From the NCBI GenBank assembly GCA_037447435.1, contig JBBIGR010000002.1, positions 160,001 through 224,000 on the forward strand: a stretch of DNA of 64,000 bases, in the 5' to 3' direction. Origin of the DNA: Fibrobacteria bacterium. Lineage in GTDB: Bacteria > Fibrobacterota > Chitinivibrionia > Chitinivibrionales > FEN-1185. The notes under the pieces were generated by a model. It did no database searches. It was given only the letters and a program-made list of their open reading frames with translations, and was not told the origin of the DNA. The position numbers and the translations under genes were made by a program. Each line of letters opens with the position of its first letter. Within the stretch, counting starts at the first letter, position 1. Positions 7,870-18,760 of the stretch are shown here, one piece after another.

Positions 7870-10812
7870 ATGGCACAATCGGAACTTAAAGTCAATCAAC
7901 GGGTTGAGGGTTTTGTCTGCGAGAGGATTGAACCGATCGCGGAAATTCGATGTACCGCCTATATTTTCAAACATATGAAAACCGGTGCGCGGCTTATTCA
8001 TTTATACAACGACGACCCCAACAATCTTTTTTCAATTGCGTTTAAAACGCCGGTGTCCGATTCGACCGGCGTTCCCCATATTCTTGAACATTCCGTCCTC
8101 GGCGGCTCACAAAAATTTCCCCTCAAAGACCCGTTCCAGGAGCTTTTAAAAGGCTCGCTGCAAACGTTTTTAAACGCACTGACCTATCCGGACAAAACGG
8201 TCTACCCCGTTTCGAGTCAGGTCGAAGTTGACTTTTACAACCTTGTCGACGTTTATTGCGACGCCGTTTTCCATCCGCTTCTCACGCGAAACACCTTCGC
8301 GCAGGAAGGCTGGCATTTTGAAATCGAAAACGATGGTGACGCGGTAGGAATCAAAGGAATCGTCTACAACGAAATGAAAGGCGTATTTTCCGATTTTGCA
8401 AGCCATGTCGAACGCAAAACCGTTTCTTTTTTATTTCCCGACACGTCGTACTTTTATGAAAGCGGCGGCGAAGTCGAGCATATTCCCGACTTGACATACG
8501 AAAAATTCCTGGAATTTCATAAGCGGTTTTATCATCCGTCGAATTCCTATATCGTTTTGTACGGGAATCTTGAATCACAAAAAACCCTGACGTTTTTAAA
8601 TAAGGAATACCTGTCGGGGTTTGATATGTTGGCGCCCAATTCCGATATTGTCGCTCAGCCGGACTGGAAAACGCCCCGCCGCGCGGTCATCGATGCGCCG
8701 TCTCCTGAAAAAGACGACGGCCTGGCTACCGTCGCAATAGCATGGAAATTCGGAATGTCCGCGGATCCGCTCAATTCTCTTGTCGGCCGTATCTTATACC
8801 GCTATTTCATGGGAACCGAAAGCAGCCCGTTAAAACGGGCGCTTATCGATTGCGGACTCGGCGAAGACCTCGATGATATTTGCGGATTCGGAACCGAATT
8901 CGTTCACGGGATTTTCAGCGTTGGTTTACGAAAGACAAAACCGGAACATGCCGATGCCGTAGAAACGCTTGTGTTCGAAACAATTCGAAACGAAATAGCG
9001 CAGGGGTTTGATGAGGAAATTCTTGAAGGCGCCATTCGCCAAACCGAATTCAAACTACGGGAAATCACCGATGCCGGCCGTTTTCCTTTTAATCTTTTGC
9101 TCGCAGAGCGATGTTACCGTTCATGGGTATACGGCGGCGATCCAATTGCGCATTTGGCTTTTGAAAAGCCGATTTCGATTATTCGAGAACACGCCAATGC
9201 CGGAACGATGTGGTTTTGCGATAAAGCAAAGGAGTTGATTTTAAACAATGCCCACTATCTGAGGATTACGGTTCGGGCATCGTCTTCCCTTGGAAAAAAG
9301 CTCGAAACGCAATCACTTGATCAGGCCAAAAAATTAAGCGCAAATTTTACGGATTCAACAAAAGAGGAAATTCGCAACCAAACCAAGCTGCTCGTTGCCG
9401 AACAAAAAAAGCCATCGGCCCCGGAAGCGGTTGCCACGCTGCCCCGCCTTAAAAAGACGGATCTCCCGAAGATCAACCAAATCACCCCCGCACACATAAC
9501 GACATTGTCAAGTGCAAAAGCATTTTTACACCCGCTTTTCACTTCGGGGGTTGTGTATTGCGATATCGGATTCGATTGTCGCGCCATACCGCAAGACCTT
9601 TTACTGTACTTGCCGTTATATACCGAAATGATTACAAAATGCGGTGCGGCGGGACTTTCCTACGAGGCGATGTCGAAACGAATATCGCTTTCCACAGGCG
9701 GTATCGACAGCTCGATAGTCTGCGAAACAAAAGCAAGCGCAAAAAACGACGATTTGGTTTTTTATTGTTTCATCCATGCAAAGGCATTGCTTTCCCGTTG
9801 CGATGAAATGTGCGGGATTCTCGCGAACCTTTTCAAACTTCCCGATTTATCGAATAAAAAGCAAATTAAAGACCTGCTTTTTGAAATGCGCAACGATATA
9901 AATGCTTCCGTGATCGACAGCGGCCATCATTTTGCGGTAATCCATGCTTCTTCACATCTCATTCCTTCACGAGCACTCGACGAATCGCTTGAAGGTATCA
10001 CGCAATTACGGTTTCTCGATAAATTGATAAAGAGTAACGGTACAGATGATATCGTGAAGGCGTTACAATCGCTTCATTCTTTGATAATCAACAAAAACGC
10101 CTGTGTCGTGTCGATAACCGCAGACGACCCTTCAAAGGTTACCGGTCAAATAGCCGGACTTGTCGAATCCCTGCCATCGCACGAATATAATCCCATAAAC
10201 CTCCCTTTTTTCCAACACCGGACATTTAAAGGAATTGAAATAAGTTCATCGGTAAACTTTGTCGCAAAAACGTGGGATATCGGTATTCCAACGCCCGAAC
10301 AGACCGGGCACTATTTACTTTTGTCCAGAAATCTGTCGACAGGTTATTTGTGGGATAAAGTCCGGGTCGAAGGCGGCGCTTACGGTGGAATGGCAATGGC
10401 CCAAAGCGGACATCCGGTTTTTGCCTGCGCTTCCTATCGCGATCCGAATCTCGCCACCACCTTGAGCCATTTTGAAAAAGGACTTTCCATTGTCGCAGGA
10501 GGACTCGACTCCGCAAGTATCGATCAAAGTATAATAGGAACGATAGGGCGAATCGATGCGCCGCGCACCCCCCATGAAAAAGGGTACGGCGAAACGCTTG
10601 CCTTGCTTTGCGATCGCACTGTGCAGCATCGCCAGCAAGTTCGTGAATCGGTTTTAAACGCAAACAGCGAATCTCTGGCAAAAACCGCGCAGACGATCCT
10701 TGACATAAAGGATGAATCCATAACCGTAGTCGGCAGTGCATCCTCATTTGAAACTGCGGAAAAAGACCAGATTTTTTTGGTGCGCGAACCTCTTTTATAC
10801 GAAGACAATTAA
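7870..10812 (+). CDS. Presequence-protease-like zinc metallopeptidase (M16C, insulinase family)
   Basis: TGVPHILEHSVL (HxxEH), TFLNALTYPDKTVYP, GIVYNEMKG, YLWDKVRVEGGAYG and SYRDPN. Confidence 0.95.
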   Translation: MAQSELKVNQRVEGFVCERIEPIAEIRCTAYIFKHMKTGARLIHLYNDDPNNLFSIAFKTPVSDSTGVPHILEHSVLGGSQKFPLKDPFQELLKGSLQTFLNALTYPDKTVYPVSSQVEVDFYNLVDVYCDAVFHPLLTRNTFAQEGWHFEIENDGDAVGIKGIVYNEMKGVFSDFASHVERKTVSFLFPDTSYFYESGGEVEHIPDLTYEKFLEFHKRFYHPSNSYIVLYGNLESQKTLTFLNKEYLSGFDMLAPNSDIVAQPDWKTPRRAVIDAPSPEKDDGLATVAIAWKFGMSADPLNSLVGRILYRYFMGTESSPLKRALIDCGLGEDLDDICGFGTEFVHGIFSVGLRKTKPEHADAVETLVFETIRNEIAQGFDEEILEGAIRQTEFKLREITDAGRFPFNLLLAERCYRSWVYGGDPIAHLAFEKPISIIREHANAGTMWFCDKAKELILNNAHYLRITVRASSSLGKKLETQSLDQAKKLSANFTDSTKEEIRNQTKLLVAEQKKPSAPEAVATLPRLKKTDLPKINQITPAHITTLSSAKAFLHPLFTSGVVYCDIGFDCRAIPQDLLLYLPLYTEMITKCGAAGLSYEAMSKRISLSTGGIDSSIVCETKASAKNDDLVFYCFIHAKALLSRCDEMCGILANLFKLPDLSNKKQIKDLLFEMRNDINASVIDSGHHFAVIHASSHLIPSRALDESLEGITQLRFLDKLIKSNGTDDIVKALQSLHSLIINKNACVVSITADDPSKVTGQIAGLVESLPSHEYNPINLPFFQHRTFKGIEISSSVNFVAKTWDIGIPTPEQTGHYLLLSRNLSTGYLWDKVRVEGGAYGGMAMAQSGHPVFACASYRDPNLATTLSHFEKGLSIVAGGLDSASIDQSIIGTIGRIDAPRTPHEKGYGETLALLCDRTVQHRQQVRESVLNANSESLAKTAQTILDIKDESITVVGSASSFETAEKDQIFLVREPLLYEDN

Positions 10813-10887
10813 TCATCCGTGGCTTTGCAAAAGATAAAAGCGCAGTGTCGGAGAACCAAGAAAAACGAAAAGTTACCTGAACGTATT

Positions 10888-11331
10888 TTAAACTTTCGAG
10901 CCGTTTTGGTTTTGCAACATTTCCTTGCGGATTGAATCGATGACGCCGTTTACGAATTTTCCCGAGTCGTCGGTCCCATATTGTTTGGCAAGCTCAACCG
11001 CCTCATCAATGACGACCTTAAACGGAACATTTTCACCTTTTCCAAGTTCCGCAACAGCCATACGCAGTATGTTTCTGTCTATAGCCGTCATTCGCTTCAC
11101 GTCCCAGTTTGCCGTGTGCCGTTGCAAAAGGGCATCGATTTCCTCCCGCTTCGAATAGGCTGCAATCACGAGATCCCGGGCATATTGTCCATCCTTGGGG
11201 TCGATACCGGATTCCACGATTATTCCCGATAAGACTTTAGTGCAATCGGTATTATCGCCTATTTCGCATGCGTAAAGCGCCTGTAACGCCAACTCGCGGG
11301 ATTTTCTTCTGTTTTGCTGCATGAGCGACAC
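10888..11331 (-). CDS. nusB: Transcription antitermination factor NusB
   Basis: RRKSRELALQALY, IDRNILR and VVIDEAVELAKQYGTDDSGKFVNGVID; it follows ribH. The start may be ATG 11322. Confidence 0.95.
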   Translation of the reverse strand: MSLMQQNRRKSRELALQALYACEIGDNTDCTKVLSGIIVESGIDPKDGQYARDLVIAAYSKREEIDALLQRHTANWDVKRMTAIDRNILRMAVAELGKGENVPFKVVIDEAVELAKQYGTDDSGKFVNGVIDSIRKEMLQNQNGSKV

Positions 11332-11408
11332 ACATTGTTTCTATATTAACACCGGGGACAACGGAAAACGTCCCCGATTTTAACGTTGTAAAGGTTTTAT
11401 TTCAGTGA

Positions 11409-11873
11409 TTATAACTTCGTCAACAAATCGACCATTTCCATTGCCGATAATGCCGCATCCCATCCTTTATTGCCGGCTTTGGTACCGGCCCGTTCGACAG
11501 CCTGGTCTATGGTTTCTGTCGTCAGGACGCCAAAAATAACCGGGATCTGGTGTTCCAAATTGACCGATGCAATTCCCTTGGAAACTTCGGAGGCGATATA
11601 GTCGAAATGAGGCGTTGACCCTCGGATTACCGCACCAAGACAGATGACTGCGTCGTATTTTCCGCTGGCGGCACATTTTTTTGCAATAAGCGGAATTTCA
11701 AAAGCACCAGGGACCCAGACTATCGTTATTCCGTCTTTGTCGCCATTGTGTCTGATGAGGCAATCAATGGCTCCCTCCAAAAGCTTTTTCCCGATCAGTT
11801 CGTTGAACCTGCTGATGACAATTCCGAATCGTTTTCCCGCTGCGGACAATTGTCCTTCAATTACGGTTGACAT
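11409..11873 (-). CDS. ribH: 6,7-dimethyl-8-ribityllumazine synthase
   Basis: [29 protein letters not shown] and [11 protein letters not shown]. Confidence 0.97.
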   Translation of the reverse strand: MSTVIEGQLSAAGKRFGIVISRFNELIGKKLLEGAIDCLIRHNGDKDGITIVWVPGAFEIPLIAKKCAASGKYDAVICLGAVIRGSTPHFDYIASEVSKGIASVNLEHQIPVIFGVLTTETIDQAVERAGTKAGNKGWDAALSAMEMVDLLTKL

Positions 11874-13078
11874 AATGCTTCTCCTTCAAGAAGGTGACCC
11901 ATTTTTTCTTTTTTTGTCATTAAATACCGTCGATTTTCTCTTCTGCCGGGAATTTCAATCGGCACCCGTTCGACTATTTCGATGCCATATCCCGAAAGCC
12001 CGACGATTTTTTTAGGGTTATTCGTCATGAGTCTGATTTTTTTAATCCCCAAATTTGCAAGAATTTGAGCTCCTATCCCGTAATCCCGCCGATCGGCGGG
12101 AAATCCGAGCTTTTCGTTGGCTTCGACAGTGTCAAGACCGGTTTCTTGCAAAGAATATGCCTTGATTTTATTTATTAACCCTATACCTCGGCCTTCCTGG
12201 CGCAAATACAGAATGACCCCGCCTTGTTTGCCGATTTCCTGCATCGAACGATCGAGTTGTTCCCCGCATTCGCATCGAAGCGAACCTAAAATATCTCCGG
12301 TGAAACATTCGGAATGTACTCGTACCAGAGTTGGTTGACTGGGATCGATGTCCCCTTTTTGCATGACGACATGAACTGCTTTCGTGATGAAATCCTCATA
12401 GCATTTCATCCGAAATTCACCGTACTTTGTCGGCAAAGCGGCTTCTGCGTTGCATTTGATAAGGCTTTCATGCATTGTCCGATACCGGATCAAATCTGCA
12501 ATTGTCAATATCAACAGTTTATGGGTCTTGGCAAATTCGGTAAGTTGCGGCATTCTCGACATGGTGCCGTCTTCGTTCATGATTTCGCAAATCACGCCGG
12601 CAGGGAAAATCCCCCCGAGCTTGGCCAAATCGACAGACGCTTCAGTTTGTCCGCTCCGGACCAAGACTCCGCCTTCTTTTGCCCGGATAGGAAACATATG
12701 TCCGGGCCTTACGAAGTCTGCCGCAGTGCTGTTCGGGTCTACGAGTTTTTTAATTGTCAAGGCTCGGTCCGCTGCTGAAATCCCGGTTGTCGTTCCGTCG
12801 GCCGCATCGACGCTGTCGGTGAATGCGGTTTCGAACCGGGAAGTGTTGTTGCACACCATCATTGGAATCGCAAGCTCGTCCAAGCGCTGTCCTTCCATGG
12901 TTACACAAATAAGCCCTCTGCCGTATTTGGCCATGAAATTGATTTTTTCCGGGGTGCACATTTGCGCCGCGCAGGCAAGGTCTCCTTCATTTTCCCGGTC
13001 TTCGTCATCGACGATAATTATAATGTCGCCGTTTTTGTACGCGGCAATAGCCGCTTCGACATGTGCGAATTTATTCAA
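11861..13078 (-). CDS. ribBA: Bifunctional DHBP synthase / GTP cyclohydrolase II
   Basis: [38 protein letters not shown] and QEGRGIGL. Confidence 0.97.
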   Translation of the reverse strand: MNKFAHVEAAIAAYKNGDIIIIVDDEDRENEGDLACAAQMCTPEKINFMAKYGRGLICVTMEGQRLDELAIPMMVCNNTSRFETAFTDSVDAADGTTTGISAADRALTIKKLVDPNSTAADFVRPGHMFPIRAKEGGVLVRSGQTEASVDLAKLGGIFPAGVICEIMNEDGTMSRMPQLTEFAKTHKLLILTIADLIRYRTMHESLIKCNAEAALPTKYGEFRMKCYEDFITKAVHVVMQKGDIDPSQPTLVRVHSECFTGDILGSLRCECGEQLDRSMQEIGKQGGVILYLRQEGRGIGLINKIKAYSLQETGLDTVEANEKLGFPADRRDYGIGAQILANLGIKKIRLMTNNPKKIVGLSGYGIEIVERVPIEIPGRRENRRYLMTKKEKMGHLLEGEALCQP

Positions 13079-13740
13079 AATCCAAGCCTTTCCATTTTGT
13101 CTAATAATGAGGACCCGTCGGAACCGCTACCCGGTCCGGGCGATTCGATTCCCCGATGATGCATAAGCCCTTCGAGATACCTGGCTATGACATCGCATTC
13201 AAGATTCACGAAATCGCCAACGCCTTTCAAAGCCATTGTCGTTTCTTTAAACGTAAAAGGGATGAGGGAAATTTCGAGCGTATCGGAAGACACGGTCGTA
13301 ATTGTCAAGCTTATTCCGTCGACCGCCACAGAACCCTTTTCAGTGAAATATCGTCTTTGTTCTTTGGGAAAGCGAATCGATCGAACCGTACTATCCCCCA
13401 CTTTCCGGTCTGCGACAATAGCCCCGACTGCGTCGACATGCCCTAGAACAAAATGCCCGTCGATTCTCCCGGTTACCGCTAACGCCCGCTCGACATTGAC
13501 CCGGTCGCCGATTTGTTTTTTCCCAATTGTCGAACGCTCGAGCGTTTCCGCAACTGCGGTAAAACATAAGACATTGTTTTTTATCGATTCCAAGGTCAAG
13601 CATACGCCGTCGACGGCGACAGATCCGCCAATAGCAACATGAAAATCCGGCGCTGAAACGGCAATGCCGATTAGCGCGCTTTTATTTCCGCGGTTAATTG
13701 TCTGAATCGAACCGATCGTTTCGATAATGCCCGTAAACAC
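13075..13740 (-). CDS. ribE: Riboflavin synthase (alpha chain)
   Basis: MFTGIIE N-terminus, [19 protein letters not shown] and [12 protein letters not shown]. Confidence 0.96.
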   Translation of the reverse strand: MFTGIIETIGSIQTINRGNKSALIGIAVSAPDFHVAIGGSVAVDGVCLTLESIKNNVLCFTAVAETLERSTIGKKQIGDRVNVERALAVTGRIDGHFVLGHVDAVGAIVADRKVGDSTVRSIRFPKEQRRYFTEKGSVAVDGISLTITTVSSDTLEISLIPFTFKETTMALKGVGDFVNLECDVIARYLEGLMHHRGIESPGPGSGSDGSSLLDKMERLGF

Positions 13741-14874
13741 CTATTCCATCTCCTTAAGCAAGCCGGTCACAAAAATATTGTCGCCGAGTTGTCTCATTTC
13801 CATCTGTTTCAAAGGAATCGCATTTTTTATATGACAAGGCGATACGAAGTCCAGGCCGTTTATCCCGTTACCCATCAGTTTGTTGCCATAAAACAAATAC
13901 AGCCGGTTTACAAGATTATGCTTGATGAAACTTGATGCAAGACGGCTCCCGCCTTCTATCAAAACCGAACATATGTTTTCCTCATAGGCCATAGACAAAA
14001 ACGATTTCAGATTGCCCGAATCGGTCTTGCTTCCGGTATACCACAATTCAACACCTTCCGGCGAAACGCTTTTATGTCGTCCGGAACCGCCGCGAACGAC
14101 GCAAATTCTGCGTTGGGCCATGGCTTCGCCTTTGTTTAAACTGGACACAAAGTAACTTTGCAACGGCAATTTTGAGGTCGACGAAAATACGATTCGCGCA
14201 GGACAAGCTTCAAACCCGTGCCGGACCGTTAATTTCGGATCATCTGCGATCAAGGTCTTTCGCCCAATAGCCACCGCTGCATGCCGTTTTCTCAGTTCAT
14301 GAACAAATGTTCGGCTTGCAGGTGAAGTAATCCACTTGGACTTTCCAAACGAATCTGCAATCCGCCCGTCTAAAGTCATTGCCAACTTTACGCTTACCCA
14401 CGGCAGTTTATTTTTAACCCAGTAAAAAAAATCTTCGTTGATTTTACGCGCCTCTTCGGCAAGTAAACCGGTAAAAACGGTCAGGCCCCTTTTTTTTAAT
14501 ACTTTCATTCCTTTCCCGCCAACCAGAGGATTGGGATCGATTATTGACGCAAACACCGTTTTAATGCCTGCCGCAATAATTGCATCGGTACAAGGGGGCG
14601 TTTTCCCATAGTGACAACAAGGTTCCAAAGAAACATATAGAGTGGATCCGCTCGCCTTTGAACCCGCCATTGCGATAGCATTTATTTCAGCATGCGGTCC
14701 GCCATAATGGGACGTTGTGCCGGTCCCGATTATTTTTCCATTTTTAACGAGTACTGCGCCGACACTGGGATTTGGGAATGTATTTCCTTTCCCGGCCCGG
14801 GCCAGTTCCAAGGCATGGGACATAAACCGAACATCGTTGGAGGAAAACTGTTTCAAAGAACCGTTTGTTGGCAT
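13741..14874 (-). CDS. ribD: Riboflavin biosynthesis deaminase/reductase RibD
   Basis: PNPSVGAV, HAE, LEPCCHYGKTPPC, KLAMTLDGRIA, SKWIT and VLIEGGSRL. Confidence 0.96.
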   Translation of the reverse strand: MPTNGSLKQFSSNDVRFMSHALELARAGKGNTFPNPSVGAVLVKNGKIIGTGTTSHYGGPHAEINAIAMAGSKASGSTLYVSLEPCCHYGKTPPCTDAIIAAGIKTVFASIIDPNPLVGGKGMKVLKKRGLTVFTGLLAEEARKINEDFFYWVKNKLPWVSVKLAMTLDGRIADSFGKSKWITSPASRTFVHELRKRHAAVAIGRKTLIADDPKLTVRHGFEACPARIVFSSTSKLPLQSYFVSSLNKGEAMAQRRICVVRGGSGRHKSVSPEGVELWYTGSKTDSGNLKSFLSMAYEENICSVLIEGGSRLASSFIKHNLVNRLYLFYGNKLMGNGINGLDFVSPCHIKNAIPLKQMEMRQLGDNIFVTGLLKEME

Positions 14875-15055
14875 ACTGTTTTAGGGAATAATTGTAACAT
14901 ATTAATATATTGATAAAATATTTCATGCAAGATTATAGCATCAACATAAGGTTTGAAAAAGTGATTTCTGTAGGAGTAAAGCACAAATTGCATGGAATGA
15001 TGAAACCTTTAAAAAAGAATTATTAAACCTGTCTGCATATATTTATTTTAAACCA

Positions 15056-16039
15056 ATGATAAACATTCAAGATCAAAACCATCTATTGCAGCACCTGGCA
15101 AAAAAAGGTGATCCCTCTGCTTTTTATACTTTAGTCGAGCCTTTTTCCCGTTCTCTTTACCTTGGAATTCGGAATTCTCAAAAAAGTCATAAGGATGCCA
15201 TGTCCATTCTTATTCCATTCCTTAAGGTTTTGTATAAAGATTTCCCCAAAAAAAGCAACGAGGTCGGTTTTGGTGAGTGGTTTGCCATCAAGCAAAAAGC
15301 CCAAGCGGATTTTGCTTCGGTACATTTTCAAGAAAGTTCGGAAGAGGTTTCCTTAGAGCAAATTTCAAGTCAAGATTTATCGCATCTCGATTCGCAAGTT
15401 AAACTTGTTTTCATGCGAAATCACGGCAAAAGTCCTTCTGCGTCAAGCAGTTTCTTTGGAAGGGGACAATTCGGTTTTTTTCCTAAAAACGTTCTACTGC
15501 GATTAGTCTTCATTCTCGTTTTGATCGCCTGTTGTTTGTTTGCTATCTACGGGTATTTAAAAATTACCAACAGCACCTGCACGTTTACTTTTAAAAACAA
15601 TAAAAGCTCGCATAGTATCACGCTTCCTTTTAACCAAACAAATGAGAATTACCGTAAAGATATCATTCAAAAAGGACAAACGGCAGTGCCCGACAAGCCG
15701 TCGGTTTCTTTCGACACGACTGCTCCGGCGATTCATGCCGTTACAAAAACGGACACGGTAAAAAAAACAATCTCTTTTAAAAAACTGCCGAAGCCGCCGA
15801 CGGTAAATGATTCAACAGAGCATAAAGAAATGCAATCGGGGCAATTTCAACCAACGAAACATTCGCATTCTTCAGATACTTTTTCTTCAAACCCTTATTC
15901 GGCAAAAGCTATAATTACAGACCCATTGCAGCCGCAGATTTCAAAACCTAAATCGTCTTCCTCGGACAAAACCAGTAACTATCTCTCTACTCCATCTAAA
16001 AAAATTAATTCCACCGATACCAGCCTTCTTGGTCAATAA
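15056..16039 (+). CDS. Hypothetical single-pass membrane protein with an ECF sigma region-2-like N-terminus
   Basis: 327-aa ORF. KKGDPSAFYTLV...DA...FGEWF resembles ECF sigma2; TM helix LVFILVLIACCLFAIYGYL; S/T/K/P-rich tail. Confidence 0.55.
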   Translation: MINIQDQNHLLQHLAKKGDPSAFYTLVEPFSRSLYLGIRNSQKSHKDAMSILIPFLKVLYKDFPKKSNEVGFGEWFAIKQKAQADFASVHFQESSEEVSLEQISSQDLSHLDSQVKLVFMRNHGKSPSASSSFFGRGQFGFFPKNVLLRLVFILVLIACCLFAIYGYLKITNSTCTFTFKNNKSSHSITLPFNQTNENYRKDIIQKGQTAVPDKPSVSFDTTAPAIHAVTKTDTVKKTISFKKLPKPPTVNDSTEHKEMQSGQFQPTKHSHSSDTFSSNPYSAKAIITDPLQPQISKPKSSSSDKTSNYLSTPSKKINSTDTSLLGQ

Positions 16040-16340
16040 TTATTCCATAATTTATGATGCCTGGGCTTCATACAAGGTCTACATCGAGTATTTAATTACC
16101 CATTTAAACCTTGAATTAGCCATTTTAATAACTTATAATTAAATATCTTATATAGATTCATTGATGAGCTGTTTATGTTTTTGCTCATGAAAAATAATGG
16201 AATTGCCGATTACTGTTTATAGTGGAAAATTTTGGTGCCGGCATTATCGTAGTAATCCACTACAGTTTTAAATTCTGAAAGCAGTGACTTTCGGTTAAGT
16301 TTTTTTGCGCAACAAGAAGGGTACATTCCGAATAAAGCCT

Positions 16341-16979
16341 ATGCGTTTGCTTTATCTGCCGTTGTTTTTACTCTGCGCATTAACTACTCTCAGTTTTGGT
16401 GAAGCGGAAGAATATATTCTGCAACCGGGCGATGTTATTTCAATTTCCGTTGTGGAACATCCCGAATTTTCAGGACGCCACAAAATACGTCCCGACGGCA
16501 GAATCAATTACCCCGTTATCGGTGAAATCGACGTTGCATCTCTTACCTGCGCACAACTTGTTAAAATCATGCAAGGGAAGCTTTCTTCGTATGTAAACAA
16601 CCCCGTTGTTGCGGTTTCCATAGAAGATTATTATTCAAACAAGATATATATCATCGGCGACGTACGCTCTTCGGGCCAATATCAAATTTACGAACCAATC
16701 GACATCATTAAAGCCATAGCCATGTGCGGCGGCGTAAACAATCCTAAAATAAAACTGATTAAAATTATCCGCGCCGACGGAACCATTATCAACGTGGAAA
16801 CGAGAAGTATTTGGGGTACTGAAGGGAAACGCGATTCGAAAAAATACGTCTTATACCCCGGCGACACCATGTACGTACCTGAAAGTTTCGGCATTAATTG
16901 GGCCGCTATTGCTTCAGTCCTCGGCATCATAAGTATCGCCTTGCAAATCGTGTATTATTCCAGCACGCTCAGTAAATGA
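16341..16979 (+). CDS. wza: Polysaccharide export protein (Wza/OPX family, Poly_export + SLBB)
   Basis: EYILQPGDVISISV, IRPDGRINYPVIGEI, IYIIGDV and VLYPGDTMYVP, with a signal peptide from ATG 16341. Confidence 0.88.
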   Translation: MRLLYLPLFLLCALTTLSFGEAEEYILQPGDVISISVVEHPEFSGRHKIRPDGRINYPVIGEIDVASLTCAQLVKIMQGKLSSYVNNPVVAVSIEDYYSNKIYIIGDVRSSGQYQIYEPIDIIKAIAMCGGVNNPKIKLIKIIRADGTIINVETRSIWGTEGKRDSKKYVLYPGDTMYVPESFGINWAAIASVLGIISIALQIVYYSSTLSK

Positions 16980-16995
16980 TATTTTCCACTTTTCT

Positions 16996-17898
16996 ATGAG
17001 TGACCCTGTTTTTATTTCCGTTGGCGGTGGCAAAGGCGGTGTCGGGAAAAGCACTTTGACTGCGAATCTGGGAGCAGTTCTGGCAAAAAAGGGATTTCGA
17101 ATCGGGTTTCTTGATGCAGATCTTGCGGGTGCCAATCTTCATAATTTCGTCGGTGTCAAGCGGCCTCAATTAGGGTTACAGGATTTTTTAGCCCAAAGAA
17201 TCACTGCTTTTCCACAAATAGCATGTGCAACCCAGATCCAAAATTCCTGGCTCATTTCCGGAGCAAGCGACGTGTTCGGTCTCGCAAACCCTAAATTCGC
17301 ACAAAAGCAACGCATTATTTCACATTTAAAACAGATGCCTGCCGATTATATTTTTATTGACCTCGCCGCAGGTGCAAGCAATTCCGTCTCGGATTTTTAT
17401 GCCGCGTTTCAACATGGTATCATTGTTTCCGACAGTTTGCCGACATCCGTGGAAAACGCATATGCATATTGCAAAAACGGCGTCATCCGAGGACTTTGCA
17501 GAATATTCGGAAATAACAAAGAACTGGTTGCTCATATATGCAGACTCTCGGACCCAACGAACAAAAACGGGTTTTCGACAGTACAGGAAATGATAGCTGC
17601 ATCCGTCAAGTTTTTCCCGGAAAATGCGGCGACAATGCGCGAATGGCTTATGGTCAAGAAGCATTATCTGGTGCTTAACATGGTACGGGACGAAGAAGAT
17701 ATCCGTATCGGTAAACGGTTCGTTGAAATGGTTAAGAAATATCTTTCGCTGTCGATACAATATATTGGGTATATTTCCTATGACCCCGCTTTCCGTGAAA
17801 GCGTGCGAAAGAGTAATTGCGTCTCTTTGGAAAACCCACGCATCGAGGCGTGCTTTGATGCGATTGCGGATTCCCTGGTCAAATTGACAAAAAGGTAA
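16996..17898 (+). CDS. MinD/FlhG-family P-loop ATPase
   Basis: SVGGGKGGVGKST deviant Walker A, LDADLAGANLH, DYIFIDLAAG and PTSVENAY. Confidence 0.88.
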   Translation: MSDPVFISVGGGKGGVGKSTLTANLGAVLAKKGFRIGFLDADLAGANLHNFVGVKRPQLGLQDFLAQRITAFPQIACATQIQNSWLISGASDVFGLANPKFAQKQRIISHLKQMPADYIFIDLAAGASNSVSDFYAAFQHGIIVSDSLPTSVENAYAYCKNGVIRGLCRIFGNNKELVAHICRLSDPTNKNGFSTVQEMIAASVKFFPENAATMREWLMVKKHYLVLNMVRDEEDIRIGKRFVEMVKKYLSLSIQYIGYISYDPAFRESVRKSNCVSLENPRIEACFDAIADSLVKLTKR

Positions 17899-17905
17899 AA
17901 CCGAT

Positions 17906-18760
17906 ATGGGATATCAAAAATACTGGAAACTTTCTGAAAAGCCTTTTGAGGAAACCTGTAATACCCGGTTCTTCTTCGAAAGCGACGACCATCGTGAAGC
18001 GCTGGACAGAATGCTGTATGTGGTAAACGACCGTAACATGAATATGGGCCTATTGACCGGGGAAGTCGGCTGCGGTAAAACTTTGACAAAACATGTTTTT
18101 GAAGGCTCGCTTTCAAAGCACCAATTCGAAGTGATAAGCTTTGAAAATTCAAATTTTCCTTTCCTGGATATATTATACGATATTCTGTCGCGTATGTCTT
18201 TTCGTGACGCACGGCTTGCAATGGTCGAAGAAACGGGATCGTTAGATCGACGTGATAAGTACCAAATGATGCAAACGTTTAAAAAGCGAATCGAAACCCT
18301 CGTTTATGAGGAAAAACGGCATTGCGTCCTGATTTTCGATGAAGCGCAGCAAATGGCTCCCGAAGTTATCGACGAAGTAAAGAACTTGACCAATATCGCA
18401 TCCGAAACCCAGAACTATCTGACTATTTTCTTTGTCGGCCAACCTGAACTTCGCGACAAAATCAGAACAATACGACAGGTCGACCAACGGATTTTTTTAC
18501 GATTTCATTTAAATACACTCGATTATAATAATACGACAAAATACATCCAACATCGTCTCCGTATTGCAGGAAGCAACAATATCGGCCTTTTCACAACCGA
18601 CGCCGTTGAAATCATTTTCCGCTCAACAAGCGGCGTTCCCCGAGAAATCAACAGGCTATGCAAACTGGCACTTTCATACGGATTTGCGCAAGAACTGGAA
18701 AATATTGACAAAGACGATATTGAAATAATTCTTGAAGACATGCGAAAACACGATTCATGA
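17906..18760 (+). CDS. ExeA/GspA-family AAA ATPase
   Basis: Y..YWKLSEKPF, LTGEVGCGKT, LIFDEAQ, VGQPEL, YIQHRL and SGVPREINRLC. Confidence 0.92.
   Translation: MGYQKYWKLSEKPFEETCNTRFFFESDDHREALDRMLYVVNDRNMNMGLLTGEVGCGKTLTKHVFEGSLSKHQFEVISFENSNFPFLDILYDILSRMSFRDARLAMVEETGSLDRRDKYQMMQTFKKRIETLVYEEKRHCVLIFDEAQQMAPEVIDEVKNLTNIASETQNYLTIFFVGQPELRDKIRTIRQVDQRIFLRFHLNTLDYNNTTKYIQHRLRIAGSNNIGLFTTDAVEIIFRSTSGVPREINRLCKLALSYGFAQELENIDKDDIEIILEDMRKHDS

Noticed and set aside
11353..11376. Hairpin CGGGGAC...GTCCCCG between ribH and nusB
   Set aside because: It is only a 7-bp stem with a 10-nt loop, too weak to assign a function.
12450..13166. 238-aa plus-strand ORF
   Set aside because: It is an antisense shadow of ribBA.
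14875..15055. Possible FMN riboswitch upstream of ribD
   Set aside because: The region is short and very AT-rich, and lacks the conserved RFN sequence blocks and GC stems.
16040..16340. AT-rich 300-bp intergenic region as an sRNA or ops/JUMPstart element
   Set aside because: There is no GGCGGTAG ops motif and no convincing structure.
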